DNA of 64,000 bases from an uncultured Candidatus Saccharibacteria bacterium (GTDB taxonomy: Bacteria > Patescibacteriota > UBA1384 > CAILIB01). This document shows positions 9,799-18,872 of the stretch, in pieces. A program made the position numbers and the translations under genes. The stretch spans positions 425,929 through 489,928 of the forward strand of contig CAZQKK010000001.1 in the NCBI GenBank assembly GCA_964593885.1, read 5' to 3'. The first letter of the stretch is position 1. Each line of letters begins with the position of its first letter. A model generated the notes under the pieces. The model saw nothing but the letters and a program-made list of their open reading frames with translations, searched no databases and was not told where the DNA came from.

Positions 9799-11816
9799 CA
9801 GACCCTGTAAGGATACTTGATGGTGTAGGCCCGCGGCTTGCCGAGGGCCTCGCCCTCATGGGCATTGAGACCATAGGCGACCTGATGTTTTGGAAGCCAC
9901 GAGCCTACCTAGATGGTAGCCAAGTTAAAGCTGTGAGTGAGGTAAAACCAGGTGAGACGGTTGCCATGAAGCTCACCGTTCATACAATGAAACAGGATAG
10001 GGTGAGAGGCGGGAGGTTGCCACTCATCAGGGTGGTAGCAGGAGATGAGACAGGTGAGATTGGGCTCCAGTGGTTCAACCAACCCTACCTTGCAGCAAAA
10101 CTGCAGCCAGGTAGGGAGTATGTGGTAATGGGGAAAGTTGGCTGGTTCAACGGTCACAAGGTAATGGTTTCACCACGGCTCGAAGAGAGTGGGAGAATCA
10201 TCCCCCGCTACCCTCAGACAAAGCTGGTAACCTCAACGTTTCTCGGAAAACTGGTGTCTCAAGTACTTGAGACAACTGAAGTACCTGAGGTACTTCCCAA
10301 TGAGGTGACGCTTGAGCGCGGTCTACTCCCTATTGCTACAGCTCTCAAGTACCTCCACCAACCTTTGAGCATGTCTGAGGTAGAGGAGGCGTCAAAGACG
10401 CTGGCAGTCTGTGAGGCATGGCAGTTCTTCAGGTCTCTCAGCCCAGCTGAAACCTACGCCAAGCAGGAGGGTAGGAAGATTCCCGCTGATGCTGAGTTCC
10501 TCGCGGCAACCGTGGCAAAGCTCCCATTCTCACTTACGGCAGGACAGAAGCGGATAGTCTGGGATGCGGCACTCCAGATGCAAGATGGCAAGGTAATGAC
10601 CAGGCTCCTCAATGGCGACGTGGGTTCGGGGAAGACTGTTGTGGCATCTCTCCTCGCCTGTTTAGTGGCGAAGGCGGGATACCAGAGCATTTTCATCGCC
10701 CCAACTGAGATTCTGGCAGTGCAGCACTACCAGAGCATTGGAAAACTCTTCCAAGAAGTTGGCTTACGGGTAGCACTGTGGACGGGTAGCAAGAAGGAGG
10801 AGGCAGCACTGGGCGAAGCAGACCTCGTTATTGGCACCCATGCTCTCCTCAATGGGGGGTACCGGGTGGGTTCTGTAGCGTTGGTAGTGATTGATGAGCA
10901 GCACCGGTTTGGTGTGAGGCAGCGGTCGCTCTTACGCGATGCACACCAGGTTCCACCACATGTCTTGAGTATGACGGCAACCCCAATTCCAAGAAGCTTG
11001 GCGCTCACCCTCTTTGCGGGTCTTGAGGTTTCGTTCTTGCGCGAAAAGCCAGTAGGGAGGCAGCCGATAGTTACTACGCTAGTGGGGAGTGCAGCGGCAC
11101 GATCTCGCATGGAGGAGGTAATTCTTACAGAAGTCTCACAGGGGCGACAGGTGTTTGTAATCTGCCCAGCAATTACAGAATCTGAGGATGAAGGAGAGCC
11201 TGAAGGGCTTCTCCACCTGTTCTCGGGAGGTGAGGGTATTGCTAAGAAGGCTGTTGAACAGGAAGCTACCAGGCTCCAGGGGAGATTTCCTCAACTCAAG
11301 ATTGGGGTAGTTCACGGTAAGCTGACGAGCCAGAAGAAAGCCTCAGTGATGCAGATGATGGCTGAAGGACAGGTTGATATCCTGGTTGCAACAACAGTAG
11401 TAGAGGTTGGGGTAGATGTGCCAAATGCGAGCGTCCTGGTGGTAGAGAACGCCGAGAGGTTTGGTCTCGCCCAGCTCCACCAGCTTAGGGGTAGGGTTGG
11501 GAGAGGTAGTGCAGCGAGCTACTGCTTCCTGGTGTCCGGCAGCTCAAGTCTCCAAGCACGTGAGAGGTTGCAGGTACTTGTGGACAGTGATGATGGTTTT
11601 GAGATTGCTGAAGCTGATCTCGCTCAACGAGGTCCAGGTGACCTGACAGGTATCTCGCAGGCAGGATTGCCAGAATTTAGGTTTGCAACGTTGTCACGGT
11701 TGGATCAGTTGGTTGAGGTACGAGACAGTCTGCATGCTTACCAACAACTACATCCTGAATACAAGCTCTCTGAAGGACAAATCACCTATTCCGGAATTGA
11801 AGTAAAGTTGGAATAG
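9783..11816 (+). CDS. recG: ATP-dependent DNA helicase RecG
   Basis: N-terminal wedge domain, Walker A GDVGSGKT, DEQHRFGV, TATPIPRS, and the HQLRGRVGRG motif. Confidence 0.9.
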   Translation: MRYQVTDPVRILDGVGPRLAEGLALMGIETIGDLMFWKPRAYLDGSQVKAVSEVKPGETVAMKLTVHTMKQDRVRGGRLPLIRVVAGDETGEIGLQWFNQPYLAAKLQPGREYVVMGKVGWFNGHKVMVSPRLEESGRIIPRYPQTKLVTSTFLGKLVSQVLETTEVPEVLPNEVTLERGLLPIATALKYLHQPLSMSEVEEASKTLAVCEAWQFFRSLSPAETYAKQEGRKIPADAEFLAATVAKLPFSLTAGQKRIVWDAALQMQDGKVMTRLLNGDVGSGKTVVASLLACLVAKAGYQSIFIAPTEILAVQHYQSIGKLFQEVGLRVALWTGSKKEEAALGEADLVIGTHALLNGGYRVGSVALVVIDEQHRFGVRQRSLLRDAHQVPPHVLSMTATPIPRSLALTLFAGLEVSFLREKPVGRQPIVTTLVGSAAARSRMEEVILTEVSQGRQVFVICPAITESEDEGEPEGLLHLFSGGEGIAKKAVEQEATRLQGRFPQLKIGVVHGKLTSQKKASVMQMMAEGQVDILVATTVVEVGVDVPNASVLVVENAERFGLAQLHQLRGRVGRGSAASYCFLVSGSSSLQARERLQVLVDSDDGFEIAEADLAQRGPGDLTGISQAGLPEFRFATLSRLDQLVEVRDSLHAYQQLHPEYKLSEGQITYSGIEVKLE

Positions 11817-11853
11817 ACTTCTCGAGAGCTGACTCAATAGCTACTGTTGCGAC

Positions 11854-12513
11854 ATGGAAACATACGAAGCAACACTAGCTAGGTTACGAGAGGCATGGAG
11901 TGGTGCGGCAGCTTACTGTCGTCGCAACTGGAAGCAACTGATTGCAGTGGGTGTTTTATGTGGGGTGGTGCTGGCCCTCGTGTTTGTAAGAGATACCGTT
12001 ACCTCTGGTGCAAAACGCTTGCTAACCCAGACAGTTCTGCAGGAACAAACAACTGTAGAGGTACCCGCTACAACCTTAGAAGAAAGGTTTGCGGAACTGT
12101 CTACAAAAGTTTCTTCACTTGAAAGCTCACTCAAACAGTCGGCTTCACAAACATCACTCCTGCGTGAAACGTTTGAACACGCCCTCGCTGAGGTGGCTGC
12201 CCAGAACGACCAGCTAGTAGCTCAGGCAGAAAAGCTAACTGCGGCTCTCGCGAAAGTTCCTGGGTTGGCTTCAGCAACAAGTAGCACCTCAAAGCCAGCG
12301 CAACCAACCAAGGATACTTCGGGAAAGGTGAACATTAATACCGCGACACCACAACAGCTTGATACCCTGCCAGGTATTGGTCCATCGTACGCTGAGCGCA
12401 TCGTGGCTTACAGAACTGAGCATGGGAACTTCCTCAGCACCGAAGATATCCAGAACGTGCCAGGTATCGGGCCTGCAACATACGCAAAAATTGAGGCGCT
12501 CATCTCGGTGTAG
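11854..12513 (+). CDS. comEA: ComEA-family competence protein (membrane anchor plus tandem helix-hairpin-helix DNA-binding domain)
   Basis: C-terminus VNINTATPQQLDTLPGIGPSYAERIVAYRTEHGNF...IQNVPGIGPATYAKI is a classic ComEA HhH pair; N-terminal TM helix. Confidence 0.8.
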   Translation: METYEATLARLREAWSGAAAYCRRNWKQLIAVGVLCGVVLALVFVRDTVTSGAKRLLTQTVLQEQTTVEVPATTLEERFAELSTKVSSLESSLKQSASQTSLLRETFEHALAEVAAQNDQLVAQAEKLTAALAKVPGLASATSSTSKPAQPTKDTSGKVNINTATPQQLDTLPGIGPSYAERIVAYRTEHGNFLSTEDIQNVPGIGPATYAKIEALISV

Positions 12514-12578
12514 TACTTGTACCAACCTGCAGTATGCCAGTAGGCTAGAGGTACTACATTTTTTTACCTCAAGAATCT

Positions 12579-13898
12579 ATGGCAAAGCAGCCTGAAGAAA
12601 TCCAACCAGCACCAGCTGGGAAGGCTTACAACGGTAGGTTCAAGAAACCCCTAGAATTCTGGCAGAATCTGGGACCAGGGCTCACCACTGGGGCTTCAGA
12701 TGATGATCCATCTGGTATTACCACGTATTCACAGGCAGGTGCTCAGTATGGTTTCAGGTTGCTCTGGATGGCGCCTTTCACCCTTCCTTTCATGGCTATT
12801 GTCCAGGAGATGTGTGCGAGAATTGGCCTGGTAACCGGCAGAGGGCTTGCAGCAAACATTAGAACTCACTTTCCAAAACCAGTTCTCTATACCTGCGCAG
12901 CGCTGCTATTCATTGCAAATAGCTTCAATCTTGGCGCAAACCTAGGTGCGATGGCAAAGGCTGCACAGCTGCTCCAACCATCTCTCAACTTTGGTTTTCT
13001 CGTCTGTGGTTTTGCCCTCGTGAGCCTCTTCTTTGAAATCTTTAGTAGTTACCAGAAGTATGCAAAGTACCTTAAGTGGCTTGCTCTGGTGCTCTTCGCC
13101 TACATTTTTTCAGCTCTCAGTGTCCCAAACTTGGATTGGGGCCAGGTAGTCAGCAATACCCTTACATTCCAGTTTGAGTGGACTAAAGATTTCCTGATCA
13201 TGGTTTGTGCCCTTCTTGGTACTACCATTTCTCCTTACCTATTTTTCTGGCAAACCTCTCAGGAGGTAGAAGAAGAGATCTTGGCAGGAAAGACCAGCGT
13301 TGCTCAACGCATACGAGAGACTTCAGCAGCTGATGTAAAGAAAATGAGGACAGATGTTTGGTCGGGTATGCTGCTCGCAAACCTGGTAATGTTCTTTATT
13401 ATGGTTGCCTGCGGAGCAACACTCTTTACTTCCGGAGGAACTATCACAACTGCTGCAGATGCTGCAAATGCGCTCAGGCCATTTGCAGGAGACACCGCCT
13501 ACCTCCTCTTTGCATTTGCGGTTATTGGGACAGGACTCCTCTCAATCCCTGTTCTTGCGGGATCAAGTTCGTACGCCATTTCAGAGAGCTTCGGCTGGAG
13601 AGAAGGACTCTACAGGAGGCTCAACAAGGCTAAAGCATTCTACGCAATTATCATTGCCTCAACCCTTGCTGGTCTGACGATGAACTTTGTTGGCATCGAT
13701 CCAATTAAAGCCCTCATCTACGCGGCGGTGCTCAATGGGGTGATTGCACCAGTTGTACTCTTCCTCATCGTCATTCTCTCGAGCAACAAGAAGATTATGG
13801 GAGCTTGGGTAAATACTCCAGTGAGGGCAACACTAGGTTGGATTATCGCAACCATCATGACGCTGGCGGGTATCGGGGCGATTTGGGCACTTACCTAG
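12579..13898 (+). CDS. NRAMP-family divalent metal (Mn2+/Fe2+) transporter
   Basis: GPGLTTGASDDDPSGITTYSQAGAQYGF signature of the Nramp/MntH family; 11-12 TM helices. Confidence 0.85.
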   Translation: MAKQPEEIQPAPAGKAYNGRFKKPLEFWQNLGPGLTTGASDDDPSGITTYSQAGAQYGFRLLWMAPFTLPFMAIVQEMCARIGLVTGRGLAANIRTHFPKPVLYTCAALLFIANSFNLGANLGAMAKAAQLLQPSLNFGFLVCGFALVSLFFEIFSSYQKYAKYLKWLALVLFAYIFSALSVPNLDWGQVVSNTLTFQFEWTKDFLIMVCALLGTTISPYLFFWQTSQEVEEEILAGKTSVAQRIRETSAADVKKMRTDVWSGMLLANLVMFFIMVACGATLFTSGGTITTAADAANALRPFAGDTAYLLFAFAVIGTGLLSIPVLAGSSSYAISESFGWREGLYRRLNKAKAFYAIIIASTLAGLTMNFVGIDPIKALIYAAVLNGVIAPVVLFLIVILSSNKKIMGAWVNTPVRATLGWIIATIMTLAGIGAIWALT

Positions 13899-13959
13899 CA
13901 GGAGACACAAGGTCTTTTTGAGTTGAGAAAAATGGCTTCCTCTGGTATGCTTCCCACGT

Positions 13960-14045
13960 GCCTGGGTGGTGGAATGGTAGACACGCTAGCCTTAGGAGCT
14001 AGTGCCCGCAAGGGCGTGGAGGTTCGAGTCCTCTCTCAGGTACCA
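13960..14045 (+). tRNA. tRNA-Leu (anticodon UAG) with encoded 3' CCA
   Basis: manual cloverleaf: 7-bp acceptor stem GCCTGGG/CTCAGGT (two G-U pairs), 3-bp D stem, anticodon stem CTAGC/GCTAG with loop CTTAGGA (anticodon TAG), long variable arm GCCC-GCAA-GGGC, T arm GGAGG-TTCGAGT-CCTCT, discriminator A, CCA. Confidence 0.85.
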
Positions 14046-14147
14046 AAAAACAACTAGGAAAAAAGATCGTTCACAAGAGGTAGTATCTACTTCTAACAGT
14101 ACACCTACGGTGTACGTTCAATATCTTTTTTCCTAGTTGTTTTTTGG
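14043..14147. repeat. perfect 25-bp inverted repeat (CCAAAAAACAACTAGGAAAAAAGAT / ATCTTTTTTCCTAGTTGTTTTTTGG) with a 55-nt loop containing a nested hairpin; left arm starts on the tRNA CCA
   Basis: arms 14043-14067 and 14123-14147 are exact reverse complements; inner palindrome GTACACC-TACG-GTGTAC at about 14098-14116. Confidence 0.8.
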
Positions 14148-14561
14148 TTACTTGGTGGGAAGAGGACGAGAACCTGAAAGGGGTCGGGAAAACAGCGTTT
14201 TCCCGTAGAGGAGAGTAGCGAACTTGTGAGCGCAGAGAACCGTGGGTTCTCTGGGAGCGAAGCGACGGAGAGTCCTCTCTGCCTTTTTGGAACTACCTTC
14301 TGGGACGTATTTTGTATTGTATTTTCGCTCCTGCAGAGGTATACCTAGACTATAGATTACTAAGCTGCCCATATGGCTGATAACAATGGGGGTTCAAACT
14401 ACTACTGCATCGAGGGTCTCTTTGCAATTGGCGGGGTTGCTTTCGCCATTGCTCTCGGTGTCTACTTTGTTGTTAGGCTCGTATAGCACAGGTTTCGCCA
14501 GGTACGGTGTTCGCGTTGTGCTAGGATGTAGGTGTATACGTAACTAACATAGGAGGTATGC

Positions 14562-14831
14562 ATGGGACTACTCTTTACGATTCTTATCGGAGCACTCATC
14601 GGTTGGATTGCTAGTAAGCTGATGGGAACAGACCAGGAGCAAGGGGCGCTCGCAAACGTAGTGGTGGGTATTGTGGGTTCAATCCTTGGAAGGTGGCTCT
14701 TTGGTGACATTCTCGGTTTCGGTGGAGCAATTAGAGCAGGAGAATGGAGCTTAATTGGACTCTTTTGGGGAGTTGTAGGTTCAGTTATCTTGATTATCAT
14801 TCTGAAAGCTTTCAAGGTTTTCAGTAAGTAG
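14562..14831 (+). CDS. GlsB/YeaQ/YmgE-family small membrane protein (transglycosylase-associated stress protein family)
   Basis: [22 protein letters not shown]...[20 protein letters not shown] matches the family consensus; strong SD TAGGAGGT upstream. Confidence 0.75.
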   Translation: MGLLFTILIGALIGWIASKLMGTDQEQGALANVVVGIVGSILGRWLFGDILGFGGAIRAGEWSLIGLFWGVVGSVILIIILKAFKVFSK

Positions 14832-14933
14832 GACGTACTACTGCAGTAAAAAGCGGGCTCTTTGGAGCTCGCTATTTTAATCTCAATCTGCTATACATGA
14901 TCTGCGTTCCAGGAGGGAACGAAGGCATACGAC

Positions 14934-15299
14934 ATGGAAAAAGGAGATAGGAAGTGCTTGATCAGATCGATGAGCACTCGAGAGCACAACAGTCGAATGT
15001 GGTTGGTCTACGGAGAGACCAAACTTCAGCTTACGCTGAGCTGGTACCGCAAGTGTGATGACGGCACTGAGATTGAGTGGGAGTACTTCTGTGATGGAAG
15101 GGTTCTCATCTCGAACAATGTCGGAGAAGGATGCCTACAGCTCACCTTCGATGAAGGTGTGGTGGTAGACATTGTCTGCGCTCAACCTCAATCACAACAG
15201 GCGGGTTTTCACTTCATCGCTCCAGAAGAAGTGAGGCTCTACCAGCACGAAGAAGCGGAGGAGAGGGGGATCGCTATTCCACGAATTTCAAACAGCTGA
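14934..15299 (+). CDS. hypothetical cytoplasmic protein
   Basis: 121-aa ORF ending in an intrinsic terminator; no recognised motif. Confidence 0.5.
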   Translation: MEKGDRKCLIRSMSTREHNSRMWLVYGETKLQLTLSWYRKCDDGTEIEWEYFCDGRVLISNNVGEGCLQLTFDEGVVVDIVCAQPQSQQAGFHFIAPEEVRLYQHEEAEERGIAIPRISNS

Positions 15300-15317
15300 T
15301 AACCAGCTGTTTTTTTG
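15292..15317 (+). terminator. rho-independent terminator (ACAGCTG-ATAACC-AGCTGT plus T7)
   Basis: hairpin overlapping the stop codon of the 14934..15299 gene, followed by TTTTTTT. Confidence 0.7.
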
Positions 15318-15376
15318 TTGCACAATTGAGCTTCGCCATGTACAAATGAACGAGTAACCCGTAATGAAAGACGAGT

Positions 15377-15889
15377 ATGCTTCGTACCGAATCTGACCAT
15401 ATTTCAGGAATTGGAGAACTAGAGCTAGTAGAGTACGGAGACTTTGAGTGTCCAGACTGCGGCGAAGCTTACCCACTGGTAAAGGAGTGGCAAAAGGAGC
15501 TTCAGGGAAAGCTTACCTTCGTGTTCCGCAACATGCCACTTGACCAGCTCTACCCAATTCACCCCAACGCAACCATGGCAGCACAAGCCGCTGAGGCAGC
15601 TGGTAAGCAGGGAAAGTTTTGGGAAATGCATGATCTCCTCTTTACCCACCAGGCAGATTTGGGTGAGGATTCGCTCATCGAACTTGCCAGCAGGCTAGGC
15701 CTAGACGAACAGCAGTTTACTGATGACCTGGATTCTCCAGAAGTTGCCGAGAAGGTACAGAGGAGTGTTGCAGACGGCCAGGCTAAAGGAGTAACTGCTA
15801 CACCTACATTCTTCATTAACGGTGAAAAGGTTGAGGAATCCAGGAACTACTCACAGCTCTTGGAACTCCTGAAGGGAAAAATCTCGTAA
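15377..15889 (+). CDS. DsbA-family thioredoxin-fold oxidoreductase (CPDC active site), apparently without a signal peptide
   Basis: CxxC motif GDFECPDCGEAY, DsbA-like C-terminal TPTFFINGEKV. Confidence 0.7.
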   Translation: MLRTESDHISGIGELELVEYGDFECPDCGEAYPLVKEWQKELQGKLTFVFRNMPLDQLYPIHPNATMAAQAAEAAGKQGKFWEMHDLLFTHQADLGEDSLIELASRLGLDEQQFTDDLDSPEVAEKVQRSVADGQAKGVTATPTFFINGEKVEESRNYSQLLELLKGKIS

Positions 15890-15892
15890 CCT

Positions 15893-16243
15893 CTACGAGA
15901 GGCTTGGCGAAAGCTTTGCCTTGCGGTTTACGGTTTGAGTTGACTCGCCCCACTGGTTGAGCTGCTTGAGGATGGGTCTGAGTGAAAGGCCCTTTTCAGT
16001 GAGGGCGTACTCAACGGTTGGAGGTGTGGTAGGGAAGACGGTTTTGGCAACGAGCTCGTTTTTGACGAGTTCTTTGAGGCGTGCTGAGAGCACCCGTGGG
16101 CTGATGCCTGAGATTTGACGCTCAATTTGGTTAAAGCCCTTGGGCTCTGAACAGAGGTTCCAAATGATCTGCATGGTCCACTTTGACCCAATGAGGGTGA
16201 GGGTTTTTTGGACGCCGCAGCTGGCGGGGGTGTCTGGACACAT
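15893..16243 (-). CDS. HxlR-family winged-helix transcriptional regulator
   Basis: LTLIGSKWTMQIIWNL...GFNQIERQISGISPRVLSARLKELVKNELV...EYALTEKG matches the HxlR pattern. Confidence 0.8.
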   Translation of the reverse strand: MCPDTPASCGVQKTLTLIGSKWTMQIIWNLCSEPKGFNQIERQISGISPRVLSARLKELVKNELVAKTVFPTTPPTVEYALTEKGLSLRPILKQLNQWGESTQTVNRKAKLSPSLS

Positions 16244-16289
16244 AGGTACTATTGTCTAGGTAACTTCTTGTAAGTACCCCTACTCTAGC

Positions 16290-16304
16290 TACTATCAAAT
16301 AGTA
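16290..16304. promoter_or_regulatory. candidate operator: 6-3-6 inverted repeat TACTAT-caa-ATAGTA in the divergent HxlR/NTF2-like intergenic region
   Basis: perfect inverted repeat between divergent genes 15893..16243(-) and 16340..16687(+). Confidence 0.35.
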
Positions 16305-16339
16305 AGTAAATAGCATTGAGTAACTAGAAAGGGGTCAAG

Positions 16340-16687
16340 ATGATGACAACTGAACAGGTTGCAGCGCGACTAACAGAGCTATTCAACCAGGGTAAGGCGG
16401 TGGAGGTAGAGCGTGAGCTCTACGCCGAGGGAGTGGTTTCACACGAGCAAGACGGGAGGACGGTGACTGGGCTTGCTGGGGTGATTGAGAAGACAGAACA
16501 GTCCTTTGGCCACATTGCAGAGTTTAGGAAGGGGGAGATAACCAAGACCATGGTCAACCAGGACAGTATCCTTGCTGTCTTTGACGTAGATTTTACCCTG
16601 GGTAACGGTCACGTGGTGAGCGGGCTTGAGTATGGCTACTACAAAGTTGTCGACGGAAAAATTGTCGAAGAGTACTTCTACATGTAG
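16340..16687 (+). CDS. NTF2-like/SnoaL-like small protein (ketosteroid-isomerase fold)
   Basis: 115 aa, N-terminal TEQVAARLTELFNQGKAVEVE...LYAEGVV typical of SnoaL-like polyketide-cyclase-fold proteins; SD AAAGGGG; divergent from the HxlR regulator. Confidence 0.5.
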   Translation: MMTTEQVAARLTELFNQGKAVEVERELYAEGVVSHEQDGRTVTGLAGVIEKTEQSFGHIAEFRKGEITKTMVNQDSILAVFDVDFTLGNGHVVSGLEYGYYKVVDGKIVEEYFYM

Positions 16688-16802
16688 CACTTGGTTGCTC
16701 TGAGAGGAGGGTCAAACTTTCTTTGGCCTCTCTCTTACTTCGCCAAGCACGCGTTTTCTGGTAGGCTAGCAACGTTAGACAAAAAATTCACCTACTTTTT
16801 TC

Positions 16803-18095
16803 ATGAAAAAAGGTTTCAAGCTCAGTCCCCTCGCAATTGTATTTGCCATTGTATTCTTTGACCTCCTTGGGTTTGGTATTCTCATTCCTGTCATTCCGCA
16901 ACTCCTGGCAAACCCAATTTCACCAGACTACCTCCTACCTGCTGGTTGGACGCTCAAGGATGGGTTCATCGCACTTGGGTTCCTTACAGCTCTCTACTCG
17001 TTTGGGCAGTTCATTGCAAACCCAATTCTCGGTGAGCTCTCAGATAAGTACGGCCGAAAACGTATCCTTGCCATCTGTCTGGCGGGAACGGCCCTCTCCT
17101 ACGTTGTCTTCGCCTACGCTATCATTACCAAGAACCTTCCACTCCTCTTCATCTCACGTTTCGTTGATGGAATTACCGGTGGAAACATTTCAGTAGCTCA
17201 GGCGGTAATCGCAGATATTACCAAGCCATCAGAGCGCGCGAAATCATTTGGCCTCATTGGCGCAGCCTTTGGCCTTGGTTTCATCCTCGGACCTTACATT
17301 GGCGGAAAGCTTGCAGATCCAAGTGTTGTCAGCTGGTTTAGTGCCTCAACTCCATTCTGGTTTGCCGCAATCTTGGGGGCACTCAACTTCTTTGCAGTAC
17401 TGTTCTGGCTCCCAGAAACTCTCAAAGATAGGAAAGAGAAGATTAAACTTCACCTCTTGCAGTCCTTCCACAACATTGGGCAGGTTTTCAAGCTTCCTCC
17501 CCTCAGAACCATTTTCATCACCAGTTTCCTCATGCAGGGTGGTTTCACCTTCTTCACCACCTTTGCCAGCGTCTTCCTGATCACTCGCTTTAGTTTTACC
17601 CAAGGAAACATTGGTGACTACTTCTCGTACCTTGGCTTGTGGATTGCTTTCTCGCAGGCAGTGGTAACCCGAAAGGTTTCGGCACTCTTCAGGGAAGACC
17701 AGATCCTCAAGGTTACCATCATTGGTATGGCAGTCTGTATCGCTGCATTCTTCCTCCCAACGGTGAGGTGGCAGCTCTTCCTCATCGCTCCTTTCTTTGC
17801 CATGTTCAACGGTCTGACTATGGCTAACATGACCTCGCTGGTGAGCAAGCAGGCTAGTGCTGGCAACCAGGGCGAGGTGCTCGGTATCTCATCAAGTGTG
17901 CAGGCACTTGCTCAGACAATCCCTGCTGCAATCTCAGGGTACATTGCTGCCTCACTTGCTTCTGATACACCACTGATTGTTGGTTCTCTCACTGTTCTTG
18001 CGGCTGGTCTTGCCTTCAACTTCTTCTACCGGAACAGCAACCAAGAGTTCAACGATAGAGGTGGTAAAGATGCCTCACCAGCCCTCTCACACTAG
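16803..18095 (+). CDS. MFS transporter (drug:H+ antiporter-like, 12 TM)
   Basis: MFS motif A-like GELSDKYGRKRIL, 12 hydrophobic segments. Confidence 0.85.
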   Translation: MKKGFKLSPLAIVFAIVFFDLLGFGILIPVIPQLLANPISPDYLLPAGWTLKDGFIALGFLTALYSFGQFIANPILGELSDKYGRKRILAICLAGTALSYVVFAYAIITKNLPLLFISRFVDGITGGNISVAQAVIADITKPSERAKSFGLIGAAFGLGFILGPYIGGKLADPSVVSWFSASTPFWFAAILGALNFFAVLFWLPETLKDRKEKIKLHLLQSFHNIGQVFKLPPLRTIFITSFLMQGGFTFFTTFASVFLITRFSFTQGNIGDYFSYLGLWIAFSQAVVTRKVSALFREDQILKVTIIGMAVCIAAFFLPTVRWQLFLIAPFFAMFNGLTMANMTSLVSKQASAGNQGEVLGISSSVQALAQTIPAAISGYIAASLASDTPLIVGSLTVLAAGLAFNFFYRNSNQEFNDRGGKDASPALSH

Positions 18096-18813
18096 GGGAC
18101 TTCCAAAGCTTATTGCGGTTATTGGGCCAACCGCCTCGGGCAAAACGTCTCTTGGCGAATACATCTCACTCCAGTTTGGGGGCGAGGTGGTCTCGGTGGA
18201 TGCTAAGCAGGTGTACCGCGGCATGGATTTGGGAACCGCTAAGGAAACACAGCTCAAGGTCCCTCAGCACCTGATAGATGTGAAAGACCCAGGCGAGGGC
18301 ATTACGGTTGCCGAGTACCAGCAGCTTGCCTACACCTGCATTGATCAGCTCGTCTCGCAGGGGAAACTGCCAGTTCTGGTAGGAGGGAGCATGCTCTACG
18401 CGGAAGCGGTACTCAATGGGTACCTGTTTAAGGGTGGCCAGAAGAGCACTGAGCAACTGAAGCGATACGATGCCCTCAAGCTGGGGATTACGTGGGAGCG
18501 AAGTGAACTCAAAGCCTGGGCTGGTGAGAGGCTGAGGCAGCGAATAGACGCGGGACTGCTTGACGAAATACGTGGACTCCTTGACCAGGGAGTCTCGAGG
18601 GAGTGGCTCCTGAGCTGTGGCATGGAGTACCGCTACCTTACCCTCCAGGTGCTTGGAGAGCTGACACCTGAAGAGGCTTTCACCAAGACCCACCAGAGTA
18701 TCAATCAGTACATTAAGCGGCAGTACACGTGGTGGCGAAGGCACCCAGATGTGGTGTGGGTTTCGGGGAGTGTTGAGGCGAGGCACCTCGTGGAGCAGTT
18801 TCTTGAAGGATAA
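18070..18813 (+). CDS. miaA: tRNA dimethylallyltransferase MiaA (short form)
   Basis: P-loop LIAVIGPTASGKTSL; DVKDP, YQQLA motifs; ATG at 18070 with SD GAGGTGG; overlaps the MFS gene by 26 nt. Confidence 0.8.
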   Translation: MPHQPSHTRGLPKLIAVIGPTASGKTSLGEYISLQFGGEVVSVDAKQVYRGMDLGTAKETQLKVPQHLIDVKDPGEGITVAEYQQLAYTCIDQLVSQGKLPVLVGGSMLYAEAVLNGYLFKGGQKSTEQLKRYDALKLGITWERSELKAWAGERLRQRIDAGLLDEIRGLLDQGVSREWLLSCGMEYRYLTLQVLGELTPEEAFTKTHQSINQYIKRQYTWWRRHPDVVWVSGSVEARHLVEQFLEG

Positions 18814-18872
18814 GAGAAGGGGGATTTTTGAAAGCCCTCCGCTAAATCGAGAAACGTGGTATACTCCTACAT

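Noticed and set aside
14148-14372. 74-aa minus-strand ORF in the tRNA-downstream intergenic region
   Set aside because: No RBS, low-complexity basic sequence, overlaps the hairpin-rich region; more likely non-coding.
14148-14561. Search for RNase P RNA, tmRNA, SRP RNA or 6S RNA in the largest intergenic region
   Set aside because: None of the universally conserved motifs of these RNAs (e.g. AGGAAAGUCCGGGCUCC of RNase P; the tRNA-like end plus resume codon of tmRNA) could be recognised by eye; left as an unclassified structured region.
13960-18095. Possible integrated genomic island at tRNA-Leu
   Set aside because: No integrase, transposase or direct repeat of the tRNA 3' end was found in the window; kept only as a low-interest accessory-block finding rather than called a mobile element.
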